Assembly: GCA_043821645.1 (NCBI GenBank)
Contig: JBDRCO010000076.1
Coordinates: 32,001-96,000 of the forward strand
DNA: 64,000 nucleotides
From: Pseudomonadota bacterium
GTDB taxonomy: Bacteria > Myxococcota > JACRCW01 > JAFGSX01
Direction: 5' to 3'
Every line of letters starts with the position of its first letter. Within the stretch, counting starts at the first letter, position 1. Below are positions 50,035 through 59,395 of this stretch, piece after piece. The translations under genes and the position numbers were made by a program. The notes beneath the pieces are model-generated. The model was not told where the DNA came from. It made no database searches and saw only the letters and a program-made list of their open reading frames with translations.

Positions 50035-51378
50035 TCAGGGACCAGCCTCCCTCACCAGGCTCCCCTGCGTGGCGCCCAGGCCCTCGCACAGCCCGTCGGC
50101 GAGGCTGGCGAGGATGTCCCCGGCGCCGGGTCCGTGAAGTTCGAGAGCCGCCTCGGGTCCCGGTCCCTGGTAGCCCCTCGCGGGCATGAAGTAGCCCGCG
50201 TACATCCCGTTGTGCGAGGTGAAGACCAGGTGCCAGCCCAGGGCTTCGCAGGCCTGCCGCGACGCCAGGCTCAGCTCTGCAGACAGCTCGCCCGGCAGTG
50301 CCATCAGGATGACACGACCCACGCGCACCACGTCGACTGGAAGTCTCTGGGGCACCAGCAGCCTGGAGAGCCAGGGCCGCAGCGCCAGGTGGCGCGGGAG
50401 CGGTACCAGGGGTGCTGGCATGGTCCACCACAGGCGCTGCCAGGCCAGGGCTAGTTCGGCGTCACCGGCGCGCAGAGGGAGATTGTCGACGACGCTCGCC
50501 AGGGTTCGGCCCATGACCTCCGCGGGATGCGCGGGATCCAGCCGCGGCGCTGAGGCGCTGCCCGTGGCTCCGGCCGCAAACAGCACGGGGCTGCCGTCGA
50601 GCTCAGCCAAACTCTGGCGCAGTGCACCGGGGTAGTCCGGGTCCAGGCGATCGCGCGCGCCGATCAGCGTGGCGTGTGCGTTGAAGGTGACCAGGCGTCC
50701 GATCAGCCGTTCCCTTCCAACCAGGGCCAGCACGTCCAGGGTGCCATCGATGGGCTGCTCGGCCCAGGTTCGATTGACGACGAGCTCGCGAACATTGCGT
50801 TGACCATCGAGCAGTTGCGCGGGGGCCTCTGCCGCGCGGGCCTGCGCCAGGGCATCGAGGTGGGCGCGCGCCAAGGTGTCGAGCAGCGCCTCATCCCGGG
50901 GACCCATGAACAGCATCTCGAGCAGACCGTGGCTGCAGCCGCCCGGTCCCGAGTGGCTGTGGCTGGCACTGGTGATCAGCGCCGTCCACCCGTCGAGCTG
51001 CTGGTGGATGCGCGCATACAACGCCGGCGCGATGGTGACCGCGTCGAGACCCGTGATGCCGATCCGGGCCAGCGGTGTGGACAGAGAAAGAGCAGTCACC
51101 GCGATCTGGCCGCCGTTGGCGCTGCGGCGCGGCCACAGGCTGGCGTAGCCGCCCAGCAAGGTTCCGGCAGGCAGTTCAAGCTGCACCTGCGCCGCTCCCG
51201 CTCGAAAGGGGCCCGGTGGTGCGCGCAATAGGGCCTGCGCCAGCTCCACACCGCGGTCGTGGGCCCGCACGCTGTCCTGCGCGGGCCAGGCCGAGGGCGA
51301 CGGGGCAGAGGTCACGGTGCCGAGGCCAGCCAGGGCGAACAGGGCCACAGCGGCCACGGCGACGATCCAGCGGCGCAT
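50035..51378 (-). CDS. neutral/alkaline ceramidase N-terminal domain family hydrolase
   Basis: FRAGAA, LGGY, SASHSHSGPG, FNAHAT, DYPG, PGELS; hydrophobic N-terminus. Confidence 0.75.
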   Translation of the reverse strand: MRRWIVAVAAVALFALAGLGTVTSAPSPSAWPAQDSVRAHDRGVELAQALLRAPPGPFRAGAAQVQLELPAGTLLGGYASLWPRRSANGGQIAVTALSLSTPLARIGITGLDAVTIAPALYARIHQQLDGWTALITSASHSHSGPGGCSHGLLEMLFMGPRDEALLDTLARAHLDALAQARAAEAPAQLLDGQRNVRELVVNRTWAEQPIDGTLDVLALVGRERLIGRLVTFNAHATLIGARDRLDPDYPGALRQSLAELDGSPVLFAAGATGSASAPRLDPAHPAEVMGRTLASVVDNLPLRAGDAELALAWQRLWWTMPAPLVPLPRHLALRPWLSRLLVPQRLPVDVVRVGRVILMALPGELSAELSLASRQACEALGWHLVFTSHNGMYAGYFMPARGYQGPGPEAALELHGPGAGDILASLADGLCEGLGATQGSLVREAGP

Positions 51379-51464
51379 GGACGGGTTGTAGCGCGTCGGT
51401 GCGATCCGCGCGAGGTGTGCGGCAGAATGTCGACAGTTCGGGCCGTGCATGAAAATCTGCGGCG

Positions 51465-52130
51465 ATGAAGCAGTGGCTGCTCACCCACATCACGTTGCGG
51501 CCCGACGATCCGCCGGCCGAGGAGAGGGCCAGCGGCCTGACGCACCTCGTCGGCGCCATCCTGTCCGTGATCGGCACCGCCTTCTTGCTGCTGCGCATGC
51601 TGCGCGAGGGCGAGCGCAGCGACGTACTGGCCTCGGCGGTGTTCGGGCTGAGCATGATCGTGCTGTACAGCTCCTCGGCGGCCTACCACCTGAGCCACGA
51701 CCCCGTGCGAAGGCGTTTCTTCCGGGTCATGGATCACGTTGCCATCTTCCTGCTCATCGCCGGCACCTACACGCCCCTGGCCCTCGGCATCGGTGGGCGC
51801 GTGGGCTGGAGCATGTTCGCAGCCATCTGGACCGTGGCGTCGCTGGGCATCACCTTCACCTTCGTCTTCTGGGGGCGACTGCGCTGGCTCCACGTGATCG
51901 TGTACGTGGCCACCGGCTGGACCGTGGTGCTCTTCTGGGAACCGGTGATGGCGACCGTACCCCGCGAACTGTTCGGCTGGACCCTGGCCGGAGGCCTGGT
52001 CTACACGGTCGGCGCCGTGGTTTACGCCGTGAAACGTCTGCCTTACCACCACGCACTGTGGCACCTGTTCGTCCTCGCCGGCAGCACCTGCTTCTACGTC
52101 GGCATGTATCGCTGTGTGCTGCAGCTTTGA
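51465..52130 (+). CDS. hemolysin III / PAQR family membrane protein
   Basis: EE.AS..TH, SSAAYH, DH..IFLLIAGTYTP, HALWHLFV; about 7 TM. Confidence 0.93.
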   Translation: MKQWLLTHITLRPDDPPAEERASGLTHLVGAILSVIGTAFLLLRMLREGERSDVLASAVFGLSMIVLYSSSAAYHLSHDPVRRRFFRVMDHVAIFLLIAGTYTPLALGIGGRVGWSMFAAIWTVASLGITFTFVFWGRLRWLHVIVYVATGWTVVLFWEPVMATVPRELFGWTLAGGLVYTVGAVVYAVKRLPYHHALWHLFVLAGSTCFYVGMYRCVLQL

Positions 52131-52282
52131 GCACCTGGCCGTGCTGTGGTGGACCTGGTCCCGGCACCTGCAGCCAGGGCGTCTCGGCGCTTGAGCAGGA
52201 CGCTTCGCAAGGCTAGATTGCCGCCGCAACCGCGCGCTGTGCCGGTCCGGACCGGCATCGACGCGTGGGGGAGGGCAGGAAC

Positions 52283-53383
52283 ATGATCTTCGAGCAACTG
52301 GCACAGCACGGGCACGAGCAGGTGCTGTATTGCCACGACGCGCACTCGGGCCTCCGCGCCATCATCGCCATCCACAACACCGTACTCGGACCGGCGCTGG
52401 GTGGGGCACGTATGCGCGAGTACCAGAGCGACGAGGACGCCCTGACAGACGCCCTGCGACTGTCGCGGGGCATGACCTACAAATCGGCCGTGGCCGGTCT
52501 CAACCTGGGCGGCGGCAAAGCCGTGATCCTCGGTGACCCCAAGCAGCACAAGACCGAACCCCTGCTGCGCGCCTTCGGACGCTTCGTGCAGAGCCTGGCA
52601 GGTCGCTACATCACGGCCGAGGACGTTGGTACCACCGTGCGCGACATGGAGATCGTGCGCATGGAGACGGATTGCGTCACCGGCATCTCGCGCTCCCTTG
52701 GGGGTTCGGGTGACCCATCGCCGGTCACCGCCCTGGGGCTGTTCGAGGGCATCAAGGCCTGCGCGAGGCAGCGCTGGGGCCGGGACTCCCTCGAGGAGCT
52801 GACCGTGGCCGTGCAGGGTGTGGGACACGTGGGCTTTCACCTGTGTCAGCACCTGTACCGCGAGGGTGCCAAGATCAAGGTGTCCGACGTGGATCCGGAC
52901 AATCTCAGGCGGGCTGCGGATAGCTTCGCGGTGACCGTGGTCGCCCCCGACGAGATCTACGGCACCGAGTGCGAGATCTTCTCGCCCTGCGCCCTGGGTG
53001 GTGTGCTGGATGACAACACCATCCCACGCCTGCGCTGCGAGATCGTGGCGGGCGCTGCCAACAACCAGCTCGCCGACGAGCAGCGGCACGCGAGCCTGCT
53101 CGCCGAGCACGACATCCTGTACGCACCAGACTACGTCATCAACGCGGGGGGCCTGATCAACGTGGCCAACGAGCTCGAGGGCTACGACCGCGAGCGCGCA
53201 GTGCAGCAGGCCGCTGGCATCTTCAACATCGTGACCGAGATCCTCGCCAACGCCGTACGCGATGGCACGACCACGGTGCAGGCGGCCAATGCGCTGGCCG
53301 AACGTCGCATCACCGCCATGCGCGATGTCACTCGAACCTACCTGGGCGTGCCGCGGCTCAAGCGCGGGCGCGGCCTGGGCTGA
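52283..53383 (+). CDS. Leu/Val/Phe dehydrogenase
   Basis: IAIHNTVLGPALGG, GMTYK, GGGKAV, TAEDVGT, QGVGHVG, GAANNQL, NAGG. Confidence 0.94.
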   Translation: MIFEQLAQHGHEQVLYCHDAHSGLRAIIAIHNTVLGPALGGARMREYQSDEDALTDALRLSRGMTYKSAVAGLNLGGGKAVILGDPKQHKTEPLLRAFGRFVQSLAGRYITAEDVGTTVRDMEIVRMETDCVTGISRSLGGSGDPSPVTALGLFEGIKACARQRWGRDSLEELTVAVQGVGHVGFHLCQHLYREGAKIKVSDVDPDNLRRAADSFAVTVVAPDEIYGTECEIFSPCALGGVLDDNTIPRLRCEIVAGAANNQLADEQRHASLLAEHDILYAPDYVINAGGLINVANELEGYDRERAVQQAAGIFNIVTEILANAVRDGTTTVQAANALAERRITAMRDVTRTYLGVPRLKRGRGLG

Positions 53384-53388
53384 GGTCC

Positions 53389-54186
53389 ATGGTGCTGTCC
53401 TCCACCTTGCTCCTGGCTCTCGTCGTCAGCACGGCGCCCCCCGTGCCGGTGCCCGTGCTCACCATCGGTCAGCCCACGCCCCTGGCGCGACGACCGGTCA
53501 CCTTGCCTGCCCTCTCGGCCGAGTTCTCGTTCCGCTATGGCCTGGTGGGCAATGGCCCGACCCGCTTCGTCAACGACATCCGCTTTGCGCCCCTGGACTG
53601 GCTCGAGCTCCGCACCTCGCTGGGGCCCATCCCCGAGAGCTTGATGGTGCGCGTGGCGCTGGGGGACCTGGACCGTCTCGGGGTGTTCTCCGTCGACGGT
53701 GGGCTGTACAAGCTCGACCTGGGCTTTCGTCTTGATCCCACCGAGGCCGAGAGCGTGCGCGGGGTCGTCGCCCTCAATCTCGAGACCGGCATCGCCTACG
53801 ACCACGCCGTCACCTCGCGTGGCCGCGTGCATGTGAGCGGTCGCGCGCAGCAGCGCTGGTCCAACATCGACGGCTGGGATCAGACCACCGTCATGGGCGC
53901 GCTGTGGGGCGATGTGGATCTGACTCACTACCTCGGTCTGTCCGTGGGGGCTGGCTACGGTCAGGTCGTGGCAGGCCAGACACGCGACTTCACGATCAAC
54001 TTCTCCGAGCTGGGGCGCTCTGGCTTCTCGACCTTGCTGGACCACGACAACGACCGCGCGGCGTGCACCTCGGTGGGCATGACCTATGCGCGCACCGAGA
54101 GCTTCGACGTGGACCTGTTTGCTACCCTGCGTGTCTGGCCCGAAGTCGGTACTCTGTTCGGCGCTGGCCTGCGCTGGCGAATCTGA
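53389..54186 (+). CDS. hypothetical exported protein, possible outer-membrane barrel
   Basis: Hydrophobic N-terminus, alternating beta strands, ends FGAGLRWRI. Confidence 0.55.
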   Translation: MVLSSTLLLALVVSTAPPVPVPVLTIGQPTPLARRPVTLPALSAEFSFRYGLVGNGPTRFVNDIRFAPLDWLELRTSLGPIPESLMVRVALGDLDRLGVFSVDGGLYKLDLGFRLDPTEAESVRGVVALNLETGIAYDHAVTSRGRVHVSGRAQQRWSNIDGWDQTTVMGALWGDVDLTHYLGLSVGAGYGQVVAGQTRDFTINFSELGRSGFSTLLDHDNDRAACTSVGMTYARTESFDVDLFATLRVWPEVGTLFGAGLRWRI

Positions 54187-54196
54187 GGACACCGGC

Positions 54197-55561
54197 GTGA
54201 TCCCGCGCCTGGGGACTCTGTTCGCGCGCTGGGCCCGGCTCCTGATCCCGGACCCCATGGTGATCGCGGTAGGGCTCACCGCCCTGACCGCCGTGCTCGC
54301 CCTGCTACTCACCGCGGCCGGTCCCGTCGACGTGCTGCGCGCCTGGGCCGGTCCTCGCGGGGTGTTCAACCTGCTCGGCTTCGGCATGCAGATGTGCTTG
54401 ATCCTGGTCACGGGCCACGCCCTGGCGTCGAGCCGTCCCGTGGCGTGGGCCCTGGCCTGGTTGGCGGGGTGCGGCCACGGTGCGCGTCAGGTCACGGCCC
54501 TGACCGCTCTGGTCGCCGTGACCACGGGACTGCTCAACTGGGGCCTTGGCCTCATCGTGGGAGCCCTGTTTGCGCGCGAGGTGGGCCGACGTGCTCAGGA
54601 GCGAGGCCTCGTTGTGCACTACCCGCTGCTGGCGGCCGCTGGCTACACCGGACTGCTGGTGTGGCACGGTGGTCTGTCGGGCAGCGCCCCGCTCACGGTC
54701 ACCCGCCTGCCCGATGTCGAGAAGCTGCTGGGCTCCGAGCTCGCTGCACGGGTCGGCGAGATCGCGCTGTCGCGGACACTGCTCAGTCCCATGAACCTCG
54801 TCGTGGCGGTGGCTCTGATCGTGCTCGTGCCGCTGCTCTGTGCAGCCCTGGTGCCCGCGGTGGAGCAGTGCCAATCCGCGGCGGACTTCATTTCGACCAG
54901 GGACGAGGTGCCCGCTGTCGAAGAGCCCATGACCGGGTTTGCAGCGAGGCTGGACCACAGCCGGGGCGTGACCGCGATCCTGGTTGTGATCGTCGCAGCA
55001 GGAGCGGTGCTCGGTGTGAGTTCCTCGGGTTTCATGCGCTTGGATCTGAACATGGTGATCCTGATCTTCCTTGCCCTGGGCCTGGCCCTGCACGGCACGC
55101 CGCGGCGCTATGTGGGAGCGGTGCAGGGCGCCATCGGAGGCACCGCGGGCATCGTGCTGCAGTTCCCGCTCTACGCCGGCATCATGGGCATCATGGCAGG
55201 CACCGGGCTGGTAGACGTGTTCGCCCACGGCATCGTGTCCGTGGCCAGCGCGCGCAGTTTCCCAGTGTTCAACTTCTTTAGCGCAGCGGTGGTCAACCTG
55301 TTCGTGCCATCGGGCGGCGGACAGTGGGCGGTGCAGGGGCCCATCTCGGTGCAGGCAGCGCTGCAGCTCGGGGTTCCCGTCGAGCGCGCGGTCATGTCCC
55401 TGGCCTACGGCGACCAGCTCACCAACATGCTGCAGCCCTTCTGGGCTCTGCCCCTGCTCGGCATCACGGGCGTCAAGGCCCACCATGTCATCGGCTACAC
55501 CGCGGTGCTGATGCTGCTCACGGTGCCGCTGTTCGTGCTGGCCTTGCTGGTCCTGCCGTGA
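54197..55561 (+). CDS. atoE: short-chain fatty acid transporter (AtoE family)
   Basis: PDP, FGMQM, LNWG, HYPLL, WHGGLSGSAPL, QFPLYAGIMG, VPSGGGQW, QPFWALP. Confidence 0.9.
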   Translation: MIPRLGTLFARWARLLIPDPMVIAVGLTALTAVLALLLTAAGPVDVLRAWAGPRGVFNLLGFGMQMCLILVTGHALASSRPVAWALAWLAGCGHGARQVTALTALVAVTTGLLNWGLGLIVGALFAREVGRRAQERGLVVHYPLLAAAGYTGLLVWHGGLSGSAPLTVTRLPDVEKLLGSELAARVGEIALSRTLLSPMNLVVAVALIVLVPLLCAALVPAVEQCQSAADFISTRDEVPAVEEPMTGFAARLDHSRGVTAILVVIVAAGAVLGVSSSGFMRLDLNMVILIFLALGLALHGTPRRYVGAVQGAIGGTAGIVLQFPLYAGIMGIMAGTGLVDVFAHGIVSVASARSFPVFNFFSAAVVNLFVPSGGGQWAVQGPISVQAALQLGVPVERAVMSLAYGDQLTNMLQPFWALPLLGITGVKAHHVIGYTAVLMLLTVPLFVLALLVLP

Positions 55562-55571
55562 ACTGGAGCCG

Positions 55572-55597
55572 CCGCGCGGGCCGTGCGCGGTCCTTTT
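55572..55597 (+). terminator. possible intrinsic terminator after atoE
   Basis: CCGCGCG-GGCCG-TGCGCGG stem followed by TCCTTTT. Confidence 0.4.
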
Positions 55598-55775
55598 CCG
55601 AGGACTTGCTGGACGTCGCAGCGGACTGCTGCGGAATCTGGTGGAACCGTCCAGGTGTGCGGCACCAGGGCGATACTTTTTTCTTGAGCTTGCCGAGGAC
55701 AGGAAGAGTCACCGACGAAGGCGGGGGTCCACGACCGATCTTGCCCCACCGGATCTGATATCGGAGGCGCCGGTC

Positions 55776-58094
55776 TCAGGTGCTCTTCCCGGACTCCGTG
55801 CCAGCAGGACCCGTGGCGCTCGACGCTACCCTCGCGGGCGACGGCAGATTGGCGCCAGTCTGCACGGGCCTGTCACCCACCAGTTCGCCCATGAAGAGGC
55901 TGGCGTTCTTGACGAAGAAGAAGGTTTGCAGGCCCTCGGCCAGCTCGATCAGCCGTTCGGCGTAGGCCTTCTCCTCGCCCTCGGGTGGCGTGGCCAGCCC
56001 CAGGAACACCGCATCCGCCAGCCCGCTCTGGGCATGAATGATCTCGCGGATGGTCTGATCCTTGGGCTTGAGGATCACCTGCACCTCGGCGTGGATGCGG
56101 ATCTCCGGCATCAGCCGAGCCAGGGCTGCCTCGGTGTTCTGCTTCATCAACTCGCTCGACGCCACGCTGAGCACGGTGATGCGCCCGCCCCGCCATTCGC
56201 GATTGCGCGTCAGCAGGTGGGCCAGCAGCAGCATGAGGTCGCCATTGCGCTCGAGGCCGCCCCACCACACGTGCACGTTGCGGCGCTGGCGTTCCCGCGG
56301 CCAGGCATTGAGCTGCGTGCGCCCGATGAGCACGTTGCGGTGCAGCCGCTCCAGACGTCGCATCACGCTCAGCATCTCACCCAGCCGGTCCACGTCCGGT
56401 TGCCAGCCCAGCAGCACGGTGTTGCTGTCCAGACCGGCGAAGCCATTGGTCTGGGCCACGTCGACGATGCCGTGCTCGATGCTGCTCACGACGTGCACCT
56501 CGGGGAACACGGGCAAGCCTTCGTTGAGCAACACTCCCTCGAGCACGCGCTGCCTCTCCAGTGGCTTCATGTCGTCGTCAAGCAGGTCTCCCTGCATCAG
56601 CTCGCAGATCGTGACCACACCGCGCCCCTGGGCGAACCAGTCGCCGAACTGCACCAGGTCGAGGCGCTTGAGGGCATCCTCGACGAAGACCAGCACATGG
56701 GGCCTGAAGTTGCGAGCGGTCATGGGGCGCTCGCGCAGCCGGAACAGGGCCCAGCGGATCAGCGCCTCGTACACGTCACGCCGGGAGTCGCCCCAGTCAG
56801 CCTGTCGCTCGCGGCGCTTCAGGGCGAGCCACAGCACGATCTCGATGGCGATGGCGAGGACGCTGGCGGCGGCGTTGATGAGGAACATGACGGCGAAGCA
56901 TCCCAGGGCGCCGGCCAGGCTGAGCCACCATGGCGGCCGTATCCTCGGGCGCCAGGCGATGTTGCCGGACAGGGACTCCAGGGCGGCGGCGAGGTTGACC
57001 ATGCCGTACACGGTCAAGAAGAACATCGAGACCACGGTGGCCACCTGGTTGAGGTCGCCGATGAGCACCGCGCCAAGGGCGATGACCAAGGTGACCACCA
57101 GGCCGAAGATGGGCTCCTGGCCATCCTGTGGCTTGCTCGCGAGCTTGCGCGGCGCCAGGCTGTCCATGGCCAGCGCCTGCAGCGTGCGTGGGGCACCCAG
57201 CATCGAGCCCACGGCCGACGAGAAGATGGCGCCCCACAGCCCTGGTAGAATGAGCAGAGGGCCAAGCGGGGCGATGCGCGCCCACACCAGGGGATCGCTG
57301 CGCAGCACCGCGGGATCCGCACCGAAGGACAGCAGCACAGGCACGACCAGATAGACCGCAAGGCCCACGACGGTTGCCGAGATGGCTCCCAGCGGGATGG
57401 CGCGCATCGGGTTGGCGAGGTCGCCAGACAGGCCGAGCCCGGCCATGATGCCTGTCACCGCCGGGAAGAACACCGCGAACACGATCCAGAACGACTGCTC
57501 GCCCGACGGCGCCATGGCAGCCGGGCTCAGCTCAAGCCCTCGGTTGGCCGCACCGAGACCCAGGGCCACCAGTGAGATCGCGATGAGCGCCATGACCGGG
57601 AGCTGGACCTTGAGTGCCAGGGTCGCGCCCTTGAAGGATAGCGCCCCCACAGCAACCACGATGACAAAGGCCACAGGCTGCAAAGGCACCTCTGGCCACA
57701 CGATGCGAAAGGATTCGGCGAGACCGAAGCTGTACAGGGTGACCGAGAAGGCCTGCGACAGGAACAGCGGCAGACCGATGGCGCCACCTATCTCGACACC
57801 CAGGCTGCGTGAGATCATGAAGTAGGCGCCACCGACGCCGACCCGCGAGTTGGTGGCGATGGCCGAGAAGGACAGCGTCGTGATGAGGGTGATCGAGTTG
57901 GCCATCACGACGATCAGCAGTGTCCCGGGTAAGCCCACGTGGCCCAGCACCCAGCCAAAGCGCAGGTACATGATCACGCCGAGGATGGTCAGGACGGTGG
58001 GCGTGAACACGCCCAGGAAGGTGCCGAGGCCGGCCGGGTTGACCGGATCCGTGGTCCGGGTGTTGCGCCAGCGATCGAACCAGTCGCGCAACAC
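55776..58094 (-). CDS. cation-chloride cotransporter (SLC12/CCC-like)
   Basis: LGTFLGVFTP..TILGVIMYLR, GGAYFMISRSLG.E.GG, FFPAVTGIMAG..LSGDL, NFRPH, VWW..NGDLMLLLA. Confidence 0.92.
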   Translation of the reverse strand: MLRDWFDRWRNTRTTDPVNPAGLGTFLGVFTPTVLTILGVIMYLRFGWVLGHVGLPGTLLIVVMANSITLITTLSFSAIATNSRVGVGGAYFMISRSLGVEIGGAIGLPLFLSQAFSVTLYSFGLAESFRIVWPEVPLQPVAFVIVVAVGALSFKGATLALKVQLPVMALIAISLVALGLGAANRGLELSPAAMAPSGEQSFWIVFAVFFPAVTGIMAGLGLSGDLANPMRAIPLGAISATVVGLAVYLVVPVLLSFGADPAVLRSDPLVWARIAPLGPLLILPGLWGAIFSSAVGSMLGAPRTLQALAMDSLAPRKLASKPQDGQEPIFGLVVTLVIALGAVLIGDLNQVATVVSMFFLTVYGMVNLAAALESLSGNIAWRPRIRPPWWLSLAGALGCFAVMFLINAAASVLAIAIEIVLWLALKRRERQADWGDSRRDVYEALIRWALFRLRERPMTARNFRPHVLVFVEDALKRLDLVQFGDWFAQGRGVVTICELMQGDLLDDDMKPLERQRVLEGVLLNEGLPVFPEVHVVSSIEHGIVDVAQTNGFAGLDSNTVLLGWQPDVDRLGEMLSVMRRLERLHRNVLIGRTQLNAWPRERQRRNVHVWWGGLERNGDLMLLLAHLLTRNREWRGGRITVLSVASSELMKQNTEAALARLMPEIRIHAEVQVILKPKDQTIREIIHAQSGLADAVFLGLATPPEGEEKAYAERLIELAEGLQTFFFVKNASLFMGELVGDRPVQTGANLPSPARVASSATGPAGTESGKST

Positions 58095-58160
58095 GGGGTC
58101 CTCCTGGGGTCGGGATGGTGGCGCCGCACTGCCCGCGCGCGCCGCGACGAGGCGGAGGTG

Positions 58161-58739
58161 CTAGCGCGTCATCCAGGGAGACAGCTTGGGCCGCGTCTCC
58201 ACATCCTGTCCCTGGCGCTGGGTGCGCTTGCTGCGCCAGCCCTCGAGCGTGTCGTCGGCCACGAACTCGCGGACGCGTTGCAGCGTTTCCTCGAACAGCA
58301 GACGACGGTCCTGCTCCGGGATCTCGCCCTGGTACACGGCACCGGCGCGGGTGACAGGGCAGGGCTGCAGGTTCGCCAGTTCCTCGAGGAAGCTGGTCGC
58401 ACCCTCGCCACCCAGATAGCCCAGGGCATGCAGGCAGCCGTCGAGGGTCCAGAAGCTTTCGTCGTCCGTGACATGCAGGGTGCGGAGCTTGTCGATGAGG
58501 TAGGGTGTGGCGATCTGGGCCTGGCGGCCAAACGCGGCCAGGGCCTTCGCCAGGTGATCGATGGTCCCCGGTGCCTCGGAATCGATGAGGCAGGCCACCA
58601 GCAGGGGGATCACCTCCTCTGGCAGCTCACCGGCTCGAGCCTTCTCGCGCAGGGCCAGGGCCGGGATGATGGTGTGCTCGGGTGCGTCCTGCAGCAGGTC
58701 GCCAAAGAGCCACAGCAGATCGCGCCAGCTGAGGGCCAT
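58161..58739 (-). CDS. hypothetical helical-repeat protein
   Basis: HEAT-like pattern (LAKALAAFG, LHALGYLG); start 58739 or 58769. Confidence 0.65.
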   Translation of the reverse strand: MALSWRDLLWLFGDLLQDAPEHTIIPALALREKARAGELPEEVIPLLVACLIDSEAPGTIDHLAKALAAFGRQAQIATPYLIDKLRTLHVTDDESFWTLDGCLHALGYLGGEGATSFLEELANLQPCPVTRAGAVYQGEIPEQDRRLLFEETLQRVREFVADDTLEGWRSKRTQRQGQDVETRPKLSPWMTR

Positions 58740-58934
58740 GCACTGACTATGCAGCACGCTCACTTCCATGTGGCGAGGTTACACCGGTTGGCCTGGCCAC
58801 AACAATGGACAGCAGGATCCAAATTCTGGGCAGTCGAGCTATAGTAACTGCCTCGATCAGGAGTACCGCTGTGCACCGGGGCGGGTCGATCACGTGACAC
58901 GGAGCAGGTCCGGGAGCCTGCCAGGAGGTTCGAG

Positions 58935-59366
58935 ATGAAGATCGTTGGCAAGGGCAACAAGGTGATCGATGCGGATCTGCTGGCACGCCTCGCGGTGGAC
59001 AAGCAAAGCGGCTCCACGGTGAGCAAGGCCGAAGCCGAGAAGGCCATCAAGTCGATCACGACCGAGCTCAAGGACGACTTCGAAACCAGCACGCGTGGCC
59101 TGGCTCGCGCAGAGCAGGCGGTGACCAACACCCTGAGCCTGGCCCTGACGAGCGGCTGGTTGCGCTCGGGCTCCGCGGCCAACGTGATCAAGGCTTTCCT
59201 CGACGGCACGGGCAAGGGCAGCCTGAGTGAGGCTGTCAAGAATGTGCGAGACAGCGTGCGCACCTCACGTCCTCCCCGGGGCCGAACCTACGGCGGCTAC
59301 CAGCCCAGCACGACGCCAACTCGTCCTGCGCCGAGGCCGTCCCGCACGCGCCCCGCTGGCACCTGA
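58935..59366 (+). CDS. small hypothetical protein (143 aa) with an Arg/Pro/Ser/Thr-rich basic tail
   Basis: AGGAGG RBS; GC-biased codons; tail RTSRPPRGRTYGGYQPSTTPTRPAPRPSRTRPAGT. Confidence 0.8.
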   Translation: MKIVGKGNKVIDADLLARLAVDKQSGSTVSKAEAEKAIKSITTELKDDFETSTRGLARAEQAVTNTLSLALTSGWLRSGSAANVIKAFLDGTGKGSLSEAVKNVRDSVRTSRPPRGRTYGGYQPSTTPTRPAPRPSRTRPAGT

Positions 59367-59395
59367 GAGACTCTCCGACCGATGTTTCCTTCCAC

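Noticed and set aside
55495-55758. Short ORFs between atoE and the cotransporter
   Set aside because: Overlapping, no motifs, weak codon bias.
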